From Candidatus Coatesbacteria bacterium (GTDB lineage Bacteria; RBG-13-66-14; B26-G2; WVWN01): DNA of 62,128 nucleotides. Location of the stretch: contig CP070633.1 of the NCBI GenBank assembly GCA_020356085.1, positions 916,525 through 978,652 on the forward strand. The letters run 5' to 3'. Position 1 is the stretch's first letter. Each line of letters opens with the position of its first letter. The position numbers and the translations under genes are program-made. The notes under the pieces are model-generated. The model worked only from the letters and a program-made list of their open reading frames with translations, ran no database searches and was not told the DNA's origin. Of this stretch, positions 7,981 through 17,507 are shown one piece after another.

Positions 7981-9081
7981 CTAGCCGGGAGTCGGCATAA
8001 ATGCCGCCAGCGCGCGCGCTACGCGGAGGCTGGGCGGCGGGTCGCCCGCTAACGCGAGGCGCGGCCTGCGTTCGCGGCGGACGACCGCCTCCCGGGCCGC
8101 CTCCCGAATCGCCCCCGCCTCCGCGTCCACGAGGCGGTTGAGGCCGGCTGCCACCGTCTCCGGCCATTCCGTCCGGTCGCGCAAGGTCGCCGTCGGGACG
8201 TCGAAGAGGTACGCCTCCCGCTGCACCCCTCCCGAATCCGTTAGAACGAGCGCGGCGTGCCGCACCAACGCCAAGCTGGTTAAATACGTCGTCGGCTCGG
8301 CGAGCGTTACGTGCGAGGCGGCCTCCCACCGTTCGCGGAGGCTAAAGGAGGCAAGGGACTTCGCCGTCCGCGGATGGACGGGGAAATATACCGGAAGGTC
8401 GAGCGAGGTTAACGCCTCGCCCAGCGAGGCCAGGCGTTCTGCGTCGTCGGCGTTCTCCTGGCGGTGACACGTAACGTAGACGTAATTCCCGGGCGCGAGC
8501 CCTAACGGCGCGAGATACGTATCCGGCGCCAGGTTCGGATACGCGGCCGCGGCCACCTCGTACATGACGTCGCCGACGACCTCCACGCCCTCGGTTATAC
8601 CCTCCTGGGCTAAATTCTCCGCCGCCTCCGCGTGCGGACACAGCCGGAGGCCGGCGAGCCGGTCCGCCAGGACGCGGCTGCGCTCCTCCGGCATGCGCCA
8701 ATCGTGGGAGCGCATCCCCGCCTCGACGTGCGCCAGCGGCACCTCCGCCCAGGAGGCGGCGAGCGCGCCCGCCAGCGTGGAGGCCGTGTCGCCGACGACG
8801 ACGACCGCCGCGGGCCGTTCCGACTCTATTACCTCGGCGAGGCGCCGTGTCATCTCGCCGAGCTGCGCCGCCGGGCTTTGCGCGCCGACGCCCAGGTCGT
8901 ACGCCGGCGGGGGGATATCCAACTCGCCGAAGAACGCCGCCGACATCTCGTAATCGTAATGCTGGCCCGTATGGACCAGCAGCCAGGAGGCGTCCGGAGG
9001 CGGGTGCGCCATGAGCGCCGCGGCCTTGATGAACTGCGGCCGCGCGCCGACCACCAGCATTACGAGCGGCGCCTTAGCCAT
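7981..9081 (-). CDS. UDP-N-acetylglucosamine 2-epimerase family (WecB/WbpI-like, non-hydrolysing)
   Basis: 366 aa. MLVVGARPQFIKAAAL...HTGQHYDYEMSAAFFGELDIPPPAYDLGVG is the epimerase_2 N-terminal signature. Confidence 0.85.
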   Translation of the reverse strand: MAKAPLVMLVVGARPQFIKAAALMAHPPPDASWLLVHTGQHYDYEMSAAFFGELDIPPPAYDLGVGAQSPAAQLGEMTRRLAEVIESERPAAVVVVGDTASTLAGALAASWAEVPLAHVEAGMRSHDWRMPEERSRVLADRLAGLRLCPHAEAAENLAQEGITEGVEVVGDVMYEVAAAAYPNLAPDTYLAPLGLAPGNYVYVTCHRQENADDAERLASLGEALTSLDLPVYFPVHPRTAKSLASFSLRERWEAASHVTLAEPTTYLTSLALVRHAALVLTDSGGVQREAYLFDVPTATLRDRTEWPETVAAGLNRLVDAEAGAIREAAREAVVRRERRPRLALAGDPPPSLRVARALAAFMPTPG

Positions 9082-10180
9082 AGAACGCCGCGACCGCGGC
9101 GCAAACCTCCTCCAGCTGGCCCTCCGTCATCTCGGGCCAGAGCGGCAGCGACAACACCTCCGCCGCCGCCCGTTCGGCCTCCGGAAACGACCCCGGGCCG
9201 TAGCCGAGTTCGGCGAACGCCGGCGTAAGGTGGACCGGGAGGGGATAGTAGATTGCGGAGGCCACGCCGCGCGCGGCCAGGAAATCTTTTAGCTCGTCGC
9301 GGCGAGAGGCGCGGATCGTAAACTGGTGGTACGCGGGGCGGCAGGCCGGCGGCTCCGCCAGCAGCGTCACGCCCGCCACCTCCGCCAGCCGCTCGCGATA
9401 GGCGCCGACGAGCTCTTGGAGGCGCGCGGTCCACGCCTCCAGGCGGCGCAGTTTGAGGGCCAGGATCGTCGCCTGGAGGCCGTCGAGCCGGCTCTTATAG
9501 CCGATCTCCTCCGGGTAGTTCTTCCGGGAGGCGCCGTGGACGCGCAGGCGCCGGACGCGCTCGGCGAGCGCGGCGTCGTCCGTGGCCACGAGGCCGCCGT
9601 CGCCGCACGCGCCCAGGTTCTTCGTGGGGAAGAACGAGAACGCCGCGGCCTCCCCCAGACTTCCCACCTTCCGGCCCTCCACCGCCGCGCCCATCGCCTG
9701 GGCCGCGTCCTCCAGCACCGGCACGCCCGGCGCGGCCTCCCGGAGCGCGGCCACGTCGGCCGGCAGGCCGTATAGGTGGACCGGCAGGAGGGCCTTCGCG
9801 CGCGGCGTCAGTACCTCCGCCACCCGCGCGGCGTCGACGTTCAGCGTGTCCGGCGCCACGTCGGCGAAGACCGGCCGCGCGCCGAGCCGGACGACGACGT
9901 CGGCGGAGGCCACGAACGTAAAAGGCGTCGTCACGACCTCGTCGCCGGCGCCCACGCCCAGCGCGTGCAGCGCGAGGAGGAGCGCGTCCGTCCCCGAGCC
10001 GACGCCGACGGCGTGGCTTACGCCCAGGTAGGCGGCGCACTCCCGTTCGAACTTCTCCACCGGCGGCCCGAGGACGTACTGGCCGGCCTCCAGGAAGGCG
10101 GTTATCGCCGCCTCCATCTCGGCGCGCAGCGCGCGGTATTGGGCGGCGAGGTCCTTGAGGGGGATCTTGATATCGGCCAT
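9074..10180 (-). CDS. DegT/DnrJ/EryC1-family PLP aminotransferase (WbpE-like)
   Basis: The start is taken at MADIKIPLKDLAAQY; the ORF track extends 15 codons further, to 10225. It has the typical sugar-aminotransferase blocks (GSGTDALLLAL, FSFFPTKNLGACGDGG). Confidence 0.85.
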   Translation of the reverse strand: MADIKIPLKDLAAQYRALRAEMEAAITAFLEAGQYVLGPPVEKFERECAAYLGVSHAVGVGSGTDALLLALHALGVGAGDEVVTTPFTFVASADVVVRLGARPVFADVAPDTLNVDAARVAEVLTPRAKALLPVHLYGLPADVAALREAAPGVPVLEDAAQAMGAAVEGRKVGSLGEAAAFSFFPTKNLGACGDGGLVATDDAALAERVRRLRVHGASRKNYPEEIGYKSRLDGLQATILALKLRRLEAWTARLQELVGAYRERLAEVAGVTLLAEPPACRPAYHQFTIRASRRDELKDFLAARGVASAIYYPLPVHLTPAFAELGYGPGSFPEAERAAAEVLSLPLWPEMTEGQLEEVCAAVAAFYG

Positions 10181-10187
10181 CGCGCGA

Positions 10188-10781
10188 TTACCTCTCCGCT
10201 TGGAGGCCGGCGGCGTCGCACGCATACGCCCGGCCGCACCGGCCGCACGTGCTCCGTTCCCCCGCCTCCACCGAGCCGAGGCGCTCGCCGCACGCGCAGA
10301 CGTAGCCCAACAGGCGCGCCGGCACGCCTCCCACCAACGCGTAGGCGGGTACGTCGCGGGTGACGACCGCGCCGGCGGCGACGAACGCGTGCTCGCCGAC
10401 CGTGACGCCGCACACGACGGTGCAGTTCGCGCCGAGCGTGGCCCCCCGCCGCACGAGCGTTTTCTCGTACTCCGCGCGTGAGGCCCGCGGGAAGGCCGAG
10501 CGCGGGTCGCGCACGTTGGTGAAGACCATGGAGGGACCGCAAAAAACGTCGTCCTCCAGCTCCACGCCCTCGTAGACGCTGACGTTGTTTTGAACGTGGA
10601 CGTTGTCGCCCAGGCGGACGTCCCGCCCCACGAAGACGTTCTGGCCCAGAACGCACCGCTCGCCGATTACGGCGCCGGCCATGACGTGGCAAAAATGCCA
10701 GATCTTCGTGCCCGCGCCCACTTGCGCGCCGTCGTCGACGACCGCCGTCTCGTGCACGAAATAATCGCTCTCGTCGGTCAT
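10188..10781 (-). CDS. Left-handed beta-helix (hexapeptide) N-acetyltransferase (WbpD-like)
   Basis: 197 aa with hexapeptide repeats ([49 protein letters not shown]). Confidence 0.8.
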   Translation of the reverse strand: MTDESDYFVHETAVVDDGAQVGAGTKIWHFCHVMAGAVIGERCVLGQNVFVGRDVRLGDNVHVQNNVSVYEGVELEDDVFCGPSMVFTNVRDPRSAFPRASRAEYEKTLVRRGATLGANCTVVCGVTVGEHAFVAAGAVVTRDVPAYALVGGVPARLLGYVCACGERLGSVEAGERSTCGRCGRAYACDAAGLQAER

Positions 10782-10785
10782 AGCG

Positions 10786-11793
10786 TCATTCCTCGAGGGG
10801 CACCGGCGCCCCGGCGGCCGCGGCCGACTCCTGCGCCGCGGCCAGAATCCTAACGACTTCCCACCCGTGCCTCGCCCCCGCGCGGGAGGGGCCCCGGTCG
10901 GCGAGGCGCGCCAGGAAATGCCGCAGCTCGGCCTCCACCAAGTCGACCGTCGGCAGCGCGACGACCTCCGCGCCGTCGTCGTAGACCTCCGGGCCGGCCG
11001 GGCCGTTGCGGGCGCCCTGGCGGTGAAGCGTTAAGACACCCGGGCCGCCGCCCTCCTGGATCACGGTCGCCATGGCTTTATCGCCGACGACGACGAAACG
11101 CCGCGTATCCACGGGGTACAGCCACGAGACGTCGACGTGGACGGCCACGCCGCCGCCGTAGAGGAGCGTTAGGAACGCGGCGTCGGCTACCCCCGCGCCG
11201 CGCGCCTCCACCGCGACGGCCGAAACCGCTTCCGGCGTGCGGTCGAGGAGCCACGCCGCCGCGGCGACGTCGTGCGCCGCCAGGCTGAATAGAACGTCCT
11301 CCTCCGTGCGGATCGTCCCCAGCTTGGCGCGGGAGGCCGTCACGTACGTTACGGCGCCCAGCTCCCCCGCCGCCACGGCCTGCTGGAGCGCCTCGAACGC
11401 GGGGTCGAAGAGCAATATGTGGCCCACCAGGAGAACGGCCTGAGCCGCCTCGGCTTGGGCGACGAGCGCGGACGCCTCCGCGGCCTTCAACGCCAGCGGC
11501 TTTTCGACCAGCACGTCCTTGCCGGCCGCGAGGGCCTCGCCGGCGAGGGAGGCGTGGAGCGCGGCCGGCGCGGCGACGACGACGGCGTCGAAATCGCTGG
11601 CCAGGAGGTCCTCCCAGGAGGCGAAGGAGGCGGCCTCCGGGAATTGCCTCCCGACCTCCTCCCGAACGTTCTCCTGCGCGTCGTAGAAACCAAGGCTAGC
11701 GGGCGGGACCAGGCCGGCTAGTTTCGCGAGGTGCCGCTTTCCCATCGCGCCGCAGCCGACGACGGCGACCTTCGCCTCCGCGCGCGAACTCAC
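10786..11793 (-). CDS. Gfo/Idh/MocA-family NAD-dependent oxidoreductase (WbpB-like)
   Basis: 335 aa with an N-terminal Rossmann motif [13 protein letters not shown]. It sits directly upstream of the acetyltransferase and aminotransferase genes. Confidence 0.75.
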   Translation of the reverse strand: MSSRAEAKVAVVGCGAMGKRHLAKLAGLVPPASLGFYDAQENVREEVGRQFPEAASFASWEDLLASDFDAVVVAAPAALHASLAGEALAAGKDVLVEKPLALKAAEASALVAQAEAAQAVLLVGHILLFDPAFEALQQAVAAGELGAVTYVTASRAKLGTIRTEEDVLFSLAAHDVAAAAWLLDRTPEAVSAVAVEARGAGVADAAFLTLLYGGGVAVHVDVSWLYPVDTRRFVVVGDKAMATVIQEGGGPGVLTLHRQGARNGPAGPEVYDDGAEVVALPTVDLVEAELRHFLARLADRGPSRAGARHGWEVVRILAAAQESAAAAGAPVPLEE

Positions 11794-12980
11794 GCCTCCG
11801 CCTCCCCCCTCGCCCCCAGCAACTCCTCGTAGAGCGCGGCGTAGCGGTCGACCATCTTATTTACCGTGAACTCGAGCGTCACGCGGGACCTCCCCGCCCG
11901 TCCCAGCGCGCGCCGCCGCGCGGGATCTCGGGCGAGCTCGGCGACGGCCGAGGCGAGCGCGGCCTCGTCGCCGACGGGGACCAGCAGGCCGGTGCGGCCG
12001 GGCTCGACGAGCTCCGGGTTGCCGCCCACGTCGGTCGCGATTACCGGCAGCCCCGCCGCCATCGCCTCCAGCAAGGCGATCGACAATCCCTCCGACGGCG
12101 TCGGCAGCACAAAGAGGTCCGAGCCGGCGAGCACGCGTGGGATGTCGTCCCGCAATCCCACGAGGTGTACGCGGTCCGCCAGGCCGAGCTCCGCGGCCTG
12201 GGCCTGGATCTTGGGGCCGCCCCATTGCCCCTCGCCGGCGACGACCAACCGGAGGTCAAGCCCCTCCGCGGCGAGGCGGGCGACGGCGTGCAGCAGGTCG
12301 GCGTGGCCTTTGGAGTCGAGCGAGGCCACGACCGTCGCCACTACGGCCCACCGCGGCGCGCCGATCTCGTACCGAAACGACAACCGCTCCGCGCCGGCCT
12401 CGATAAAAGGCGCCGCCTCCACGCCGTTGGGGATATGAGTAACTTTCTCGGCCGGAACGCGACACCGCTTTCGAAGTTCGGCCGCGATTTCGGCGGAGAC
12501 GGCGACGTGCCGGTCGAACAGTCGCCGTAAACAGAGGCAATAAAAGCGCGCGGACAGGTCGCGCCTTACTTGCAGCGTGAAGCGGTCGAGGTTAATCTGG
12601 CCGTGCTGCGTAGAGACCACGGCCGCGCCGGCGCGGCGGCCGCCCAGCGCGGCCACGAAGTCGGCCCGGCGGGTATGGGTGTGAAGGACGTCGAACCCCT
12701 CCCGCCGCACGAGCGCGGCGTACCGGCGGGCCGCCAAGAGATCGTGCTTGGTCCTGATCTCGGCGTCGTACACGCGGACGCCGGCCTCGCGGAACCGCGC
12801 CACGTACGGTTGGGAGGCGGGCGCCGCGAGGGCGGTATCGAAACCCCGGGCCGGGAGCTCCCGGCATAGCGCCAGTACCGTCGCGAGGTTGCCGCCCCAC
12901 GACGAGTAGTTGTGGACCATTAATACTTTACGGCGGGTTCCCACGGCCGGGACTCTCCCTGGCGATTGCGGAAACGGCAC
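11790..12980 (-). CDS. Glycosyltransferase family 4 (GT-B, group 1)
   Basis: 396 aa with the C-terminal signature PTPSEGLSIALLEAMAAGLPVIATDVGGNPELV. The start may instead be the internal MVHNYSS. Confidence 0.85.
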   Translation of the reverse strand: MPFPQSPGRVPAVGTRRKVLMVHNYSSWGGNLATVLALCRELPARGFDTALAAPASQPYVARFREAGVRVYDAEIRTKHDLLAARRYAALVRREGFDVLHTHTRRADFVAALGGRRAGAAVVSTQHGQINLDRFTLQVRRDLSARFYCLCLRRLFDRHVAVSAEIAAELRKRCRVPAEKVTHIPNGVEAAPFIEAGAERLSFRYEIGAPRWAVVATVVASLDSKGHADLLHAVARLAAEGLDLRLVVAGEGQWGGPKIQAQAAELGLADRVHLVGLRDDIPRVLAGSDLFVLPTPSEGLSIALLEAMAAGLPVIATDVGGNPELVEPGRTGLLVPVGDEAALASAVAELARDPARRRALGRAGRSRVTLEFTVNKMVDRYAALYEELLGARGEAEA

Positions 12981-13036
12981 GGCGCCCTCCCGCCGTGCCG
13001 CGCGGCATTAACGTCAGTCGGGACGACGCCGCTCGT

Positions 13037-13444
13037 TTAGTCGGCGGCCCCGGATTTTTCGGAACCGTGAAAGAGGCGATACCAAAAGCTCTTCGCCTTC
13101 TCCTTTTTAATTTCCGCCAGGCGGTCGACGAAATAGACGCGGTAGTAATCGACCATATCGGCGGGCGTGAAGACCGGCGTCAACTCCTCGTCCTGGAGCG
13201 CCTCGTACCGCTTTTTAAATTCCGCGTCGGTTTCCAGCCGCTCCTCGATCATCCGGGCGCAGGTCTTATCCTCGCCCGCGTCGAACTCGGCGCGGATGTC
13301 CGCCGGTAGTACCTCCCGCCACTGGTCGAGGCGCTTCTGGAGGTTCTCCTCTTCCGTCTCCTTAAGGGCTCCGAGTATTAAAATTACGATCGCCGCCGCG
13401 ATCATAATCGGCAATACGATTTTCTCTACTTTCCATTCCGCCAT
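13037..13444 (-). CDS. Hypothetical protein with N-terminal membrane anchor
   Basis: 135 aa with one N-terminal hydrophobic helix followed by a charged helical region. No family recognised. Confidence 0.45.
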   Translation of the reverse strand: MAEWKVEKIVLPIMIAAAIVILILGALKETEEENLQKRLDQWREVLPADIRAEFDAGEDKTCARMIEERLETDAEFKKRYEALQDEELTPVFTPADMVDYYRVYFVDRLAEIKKEKAKSFWYRLFHGSEKSGAAD

Positions 13445-13456
13445 GATACCGACCCC

Positions 13457-14269
13457 TTAAGCGAAAGTTACCGCGGCGTAACCGACGACTTGATCGTAGT
13501 CGCCGGAGGCTTCTCCCGAGGTCGCGTAGCGGACCAGCGAACCGCCGCTCGCCCCCAGCCCGCGCAACGCGACGAGTGCCGCCGCCGCCGGCCACGCGCC
13601 GCACATGGAAACATTGTGGGAGGCGACGACTTCCAACAGCCCTTCCGCGTCCAACGCCTCCAGCCGCTCGATCGCCAACCTGTCCTTACGTTCGGCCGCC
13701 GCCACCGACTCGTAATGGGTCATGTCGCTCGAAATAACGAGCACGACGTCGTCGCGGTAGGGCGCGAGCGCCTCGGCCAGCGCCTCCCCCGCGGCGAACA
13801 ACGCCTGGGGCGCCGCGGGCCCCACGGCGATCGGGACTATGGCGGCCTGCGGGTTGACGTACTGTACAAACGGAACGACGACCTCCAGCGAGTGTTCGGG
13901 GAGATGGGCGCGCTCGTCGGCCTGCGCGCTCCCGACGCCGGCGATAATCGCCGCGGCCACCTCCTCGTTGACCGGCGCCTCGCCGAGCGGCGTCTGCCAC
14001 GCGCCGGCGGGCCAGACGGCGAAGTCGGCGCCGGCGCCGTGGTGCTTCGGCCCCAGCAGGACGACCGTCGCCGGGAGGGCGAGGCGGCCGAACAGCTCGC
14101 CGGCCGTGGCCCCGGAGTATACGTATCCGGCGTGGGGGCACAGGCCGCCGAGGTACCGTTTGCGCTCGGCCGCGACGACGTAGGAGGCGAGCTCGGCGCG
14201 AAGCGCGGCCTCCGAGCCCGGATAGAATTGGCCGGCGACGACCGGCAACCTAAGGTTTGGCGTTGCCAT
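13457..14269 (-). CDS. MEMO1-family protein (AmmeMemoRadiSam system protein B)
   Basis: 270 aa. The N-terminus LRLPVVAGQFYPGSEAALRAEL... and the later HAGYVYSG and HSLEV blocks are typical of the Memo family. Confidence 0.8.
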   Translation of the reverse strand: MATPNLRLPVVAGQFYPGSEAALRAELASYVVAAERKRYLGGLCPHAGYVYSGATAGELFGRLALPATVVLLGPKHHGAGADFAVWPAGAWQTPLGEAPVNEEVAAAIIAGVGSAQADERAHLPEHSLEVVVPFVQYVNPQAAIVPIAVGPAAPQALFAAGEALAEALAPYRDDVVLVISSDMTHYESVAAAERKDRLAIERLEALDAEGLLEVVASHNVSMCGAWPAAAALVALRGLGASGGSLVRYATSGEASGDYDQVVGYAAVTFA

Positions 14270-14729
14270 CGCGCGCGCTGCGGTAGCTGTACTCCCTAAC
14301 GGCGGCGAGCTCTTGGGGCGTTACTTCGCCGTCCGCGACCGCCTCCCGGATCAGCGTGGCGAGCTTGTTCTTTTCGCCCTCCGAGAGGCGGGGAAGTTCC
14401 CGCGAGATCGGCCCCATTTCCCGCTTGAGCGCCGCGGCCTCCTCCGGCGGCACGCCCGCCTCCGCGGCGAGCCGGCCGACTATTATCTCGGTTACCCACT
14501 GCTCGGCCGACTTCCGGCCGTCGATAACCGACAGGAGTCCATACCCGAAGCTCGCCGGTTCGCCGGCGGCGTGTCCGAGGTAAATCCCGACCCCTACCAG
14601 GGCGGCCAGCGTCGCGCCCGCGACCAGCACGGCGGCGAGCAGGCACCCGCGGCCGGGACGACGTTCGGTAGTTGCGGCCATGGAGAGATTCCCGCCCGCC
14701 ATTATAAGAGCGCGCCGAAAAGGCGTCAA
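14250..14729 (-). CDS. Hypothetical membrane-anchored protein
   Basis: 159 aa with a single hydrophobic helix (CLLAAVLVAGATLAALVGVGIYL). The start codon is uncertain. It overlaps the Memo gene start by 20 nt. Confidence 0.4.
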   Translation of the reverse strand: MTPFRRALIMAGGNLSMAATTERRPGRGCLLAAVLVAGATLAALVGVGIYLGHAAGEPASFGYGLLSVIDGRKSAEQWVTEIIVGRLAAEAGVPPEEAAALKREMGPISRELPRLSEGEKNKLATLIREAVADGEVTPQELAAVREYSYRSARDGNAKP

Positions 14730-14743
14730 GCGGAAAGGCGGCG

Positions 14744-17395
14744 TTACTGCAACGCGGCGAGGTTATCGTCGAGCCGCGCCAGCGTGGCTTGGTAGGCTTC
14801 GAGGCGTTCGGCGTCGGCGGCCACGATCTCCGGGGGGGCCTTCTTGACGAAGTTCTCGTCGCTCAGCTTCCGGTTGAGCGTCTCGACGTCGGCCGCCAGC
14901 TTCTCCTTGGCCCGCGTGAGGCGTTTGATCTCGACGTCGAAATCGATGAGTCCTTCCAGCGGGACGAACACGGTGAGGTCGCCGGCGACCGCGGCGGCCG
15001 CGTGGGGCGGCCGCTTCCCGGCGGCGACCGGGGAGGCGCTGGAGATGCGCGCCAGGTCGAAGAAGGGGCGAAGTTCCTCCGCGGCCCGCGCGCCGGCGCC
15101 CTCCTCCTCGGAGGCGAGCAGGATGTCGACCATGCTGGCGGGTGGGACGTTCATCTCGGCGCGGATGTTGCGGACGCCGCGGACGACGTCGAACAGGGCC
15201 TCCAGGCGCGCCTCCGCCTCCGCGTCGAGGCGGCCGGCCCCCTCCGTCGGCCACGGCCCCTGGGCGCAGAAACCCTCCCCCGGCGCGACCAGCGAGTACA
15301 GCTCCTCAGTCAGGAACGGCATGAGCGGGTGGAACAGGCGGAGGACAACGTCGAAGACGTGGCGAGCGACGCGGGCGGCCGTCTCCGCCCCCACCGCCTT
15401 GCCGTACAACCGCGGTTTGATCGTCTCCAAATACCAATCGCAGTATTCGCCCCAAAAGAACTGGTAGAGCGTCTGCGCGTAGTCGTTGAAGCGCATTTCG
15501 TCGAAGGCCTCCTGGGCGGAGGCGCGAGCCCGGGCGAGGCGCGACAGGATCCACCGGTCGGCGAGCTCCAGCTCCTCGGCGGGGGGAAGGTCCCGGTCGG
15601 CCGCGCTTTCGAGGTACGGGAGCAAGAACCGGGCCGCGTTCCAAACTTTATTCGTCAGGTTGCGGCCGAGCTCGAAGCGTTCCTCCCACAGGCGGAACGA
15701 CTGCGATTGGGTACACAGCGCGGTCAACGTGTAGCGCGTCGCGTCGGCGCCGTACCGGTCGATAAGTTCCACCGGATCCACGCCGGTCCCCAGCGACTTC
15801 GACATGCGCTTCCCCTCCGCCGTCTGGATCAGCGGGTGGAAGTAGACGGTATGGAACGGGACGCGGCCGGTGAACCGGAGGGCGGAGAAGATCATCCGCG
15901 CGACCCACAGGAAGATGATGTCGGGGGCGGTGCACAACACGTCGGTCGGGTAGTAGAGCTTCATATCCGGCGTGTCGTCGGGCCAGCCCATGGTCGAGAA
16001 CGGCCACAACGCCGAGCTGAACCAGGTGTCGAGCACGTCGGCGTCCTGGCGCAACTCGCCGGAACCGCAACCGCAGGTCGTCGGCGTCTCGCGCGCGACG
16101 ATCACCTCGCCGCACGCCTCGCAGTACCACGCCGGGAGGCGGTGGCCCCACCACAGCTGCCGCGAAACGCACCAATCGTGAATGTTGTCCAACCAGTCGT
16201 AGTAGACCTTGACCCACCGTTCGGGGACGAACTTGACGTCGCCGCGAGCGACGGCCTCCCGGGCCGGCGCGGCGAGCTCGGTTTGCTTCAAGAACCACTG
16301 CAGCGAGAGGTACGGCTCCACGACGGTCTTGCAGCGGTCGCAGATCGCCAGCGGCACCGTATACGATTTGGTCGTCTCCAGGAGGTCTTGCACCTGGAGG
16401 TCCTTTAAGACCTCTTCCCGGCACTCTTCCCGCGTCAGGCCCCGGTACTTCGCCGGCGCCTCCTCCGTCATCCGGCCGTCCTCGTCGATAACGGTGATGA
16501 CCGGAAGGCCGTGCCGCTGGCCGATCTCGTAGTCGTCGGCGTCGTGGGCGGGCGTTATCTTGACGGCGCCGGTACCGAACGCCGCGTCCACGGCCTCGTC
16601 GGCGATAACCGGGATCTCGCGCTCCGCCAACGGCAAAAGAACGCTGGTCCCGACCAGCTTCTTGTACCGCTCGTCCTTGGGGTTCACGGCCACGGCGGCG
16701 TCGCCCAGCATCGTTTCCGGCCGCGTCGTCGCGACGACGACGCCGTCGCCGCCGTCGACGCCGGGATACCGGATGTACCACAACATCCCGGCGGTCTCCT
16801 CGTGTTTGACCTCCAGGTCGGAGACGGCGGTCCGGCAGCGCGGGCACCAGTTGACCATCCGGCGGCCGCGGTACAACAGGCCCTCCTCCCAATACCGGAC
16901 GAAGACCTCGCGTACCGCCCGCGACAACATCGGGTCCATCGTGAAGCGAAGGCGCGTCCAGTCGCAGCTGCAGCCGAGGCGCTTGAGCTGGTGGATAATC
17001 CGGTCCCCGTACTTCTCTTTCCACGCCCACGCGCGGCGCAGGAATTCCTCCCGGCCGAGGTCGCGGCGGTTCACGCCCTCCTGGGCGAGCTCGCGCTCCA
17101 GCACCGTATGGACGGCGATGGAGGCGTGGTCGGTACCGGGGAGCCACAGCGTGTCGCACCCCGCCATCCGCCGCTGGCGGACGACGATATCCTGGATGGT
17201 ATTGTTGAGGGCGTGGCCCATGTGCAGGGAGCCGGTAACGTTGGGGGGCGGGATAACGACGACGAACTTCCCCGCGGCCGCCGTCGGCTCCGGCGGCGGC
17301 GTAAAAATACCCGCCTCTTCCCACGCGCGGTACCATCGCCCTTCCAGGTCGGAGGGATCGTATCGGGGGACGAGTTCCTTGGCCACCACGTTCAC
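14744..17395 (-). CDS. valS: Valine--tRNA ligase
   Basis: 883 aa with the class I HIGH motif (PPPNVTGSLHMGHAL), the KMSKS motif (GKRMSKSLG) and a C-terminal coiled coil. Confidence 0.97.
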   Translation of the reverse strand: MNVVAKELVPRYDPSDLEGRWYRAWEEAGIFTPPPEPTAAAGKFVVVIPPPNVTGSLHMGHALNNTIQDIVVRQRRMAGCDTLWLPGTDHASIAVHTVLERELAQEGVNRRDLGREEFLRRAWAWKEKYGDRIIHQLKRLGCSCDWTRLRFTMDPMLSRAVREVFVRYWEEGLLYRGRRMVNWCPRCRTAVSDLEVKHEETAGMLWYIRYPGVDGGDGVVVATTRPETMLGDAAVAVNPKDERYKKLVGTSVLLPLAEREIPVIADEAVDAAFGTGAVKITPAHDADDYEIGQRHGLPVITVIDEDGRMTEEAPAKYRGLTREECREEVLKDLQVQDLLETTKSYTVPLAICDRCKTVVEPYLSLQWFLKQTELAAPAREAVARGDVKFVPERWVKVYYDWLDNIHDWCVSRQLWWGHRLPAWYCEACGEVIVARETPTTCGCGSGELRQDADVLDTWFSSALWPFSTMGWPDDTPDMKLYYPTDVLCTAPDIIFLWVARMIFSALRFTGRVPFHTVYFHPLIQTAEGKRMSKSLGTGVDPVELIDRYGADATRYTLTALCTQSQSFRLWEERFELGRNLTNKVWNAARFLLPYLESAADRDLPPAEELELADRWILSRLARARASAQEAFDEMRFNDYAQTLYQFFWGEYCDWYLETIKPRLYGKAVGAETAARVARHVFDVVLRLFHPLMPFLTEELYSLVAPGEGFCAQGPWPTEGAGRLDAEAEARLEALFDVVRGVRNIRAEMNVPPASMVDILLASEEEGAGARAAEELRPFFDLARISSASPVAAGKRPPHAAAAVAGDLTVFVPLEGLIDFDVEIKRLTRAKEKLAADVETLNRKLSDENFVKKAPPEIVAADAERLEAYQATLARLDDNLAALQ

Positions 17396-17507
17396 CTCGT
17401 TTTTAACAGCACCACAGATGCTTGCCTTCTTGTTACGGGGGCCGATAGGACTAAACGAATCGCGTTTAAATTATCCGCTCGACCGGTCAGACCCGGGAGT
17501 ACGTTCG

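Noticed and set aside
17396-17507. T-box or other leader upstream of valS.
   Set aside because: The gap is only about 110 nt. I saw no specifier-loop or T-box consensus and no terminator/antiterminator pair.
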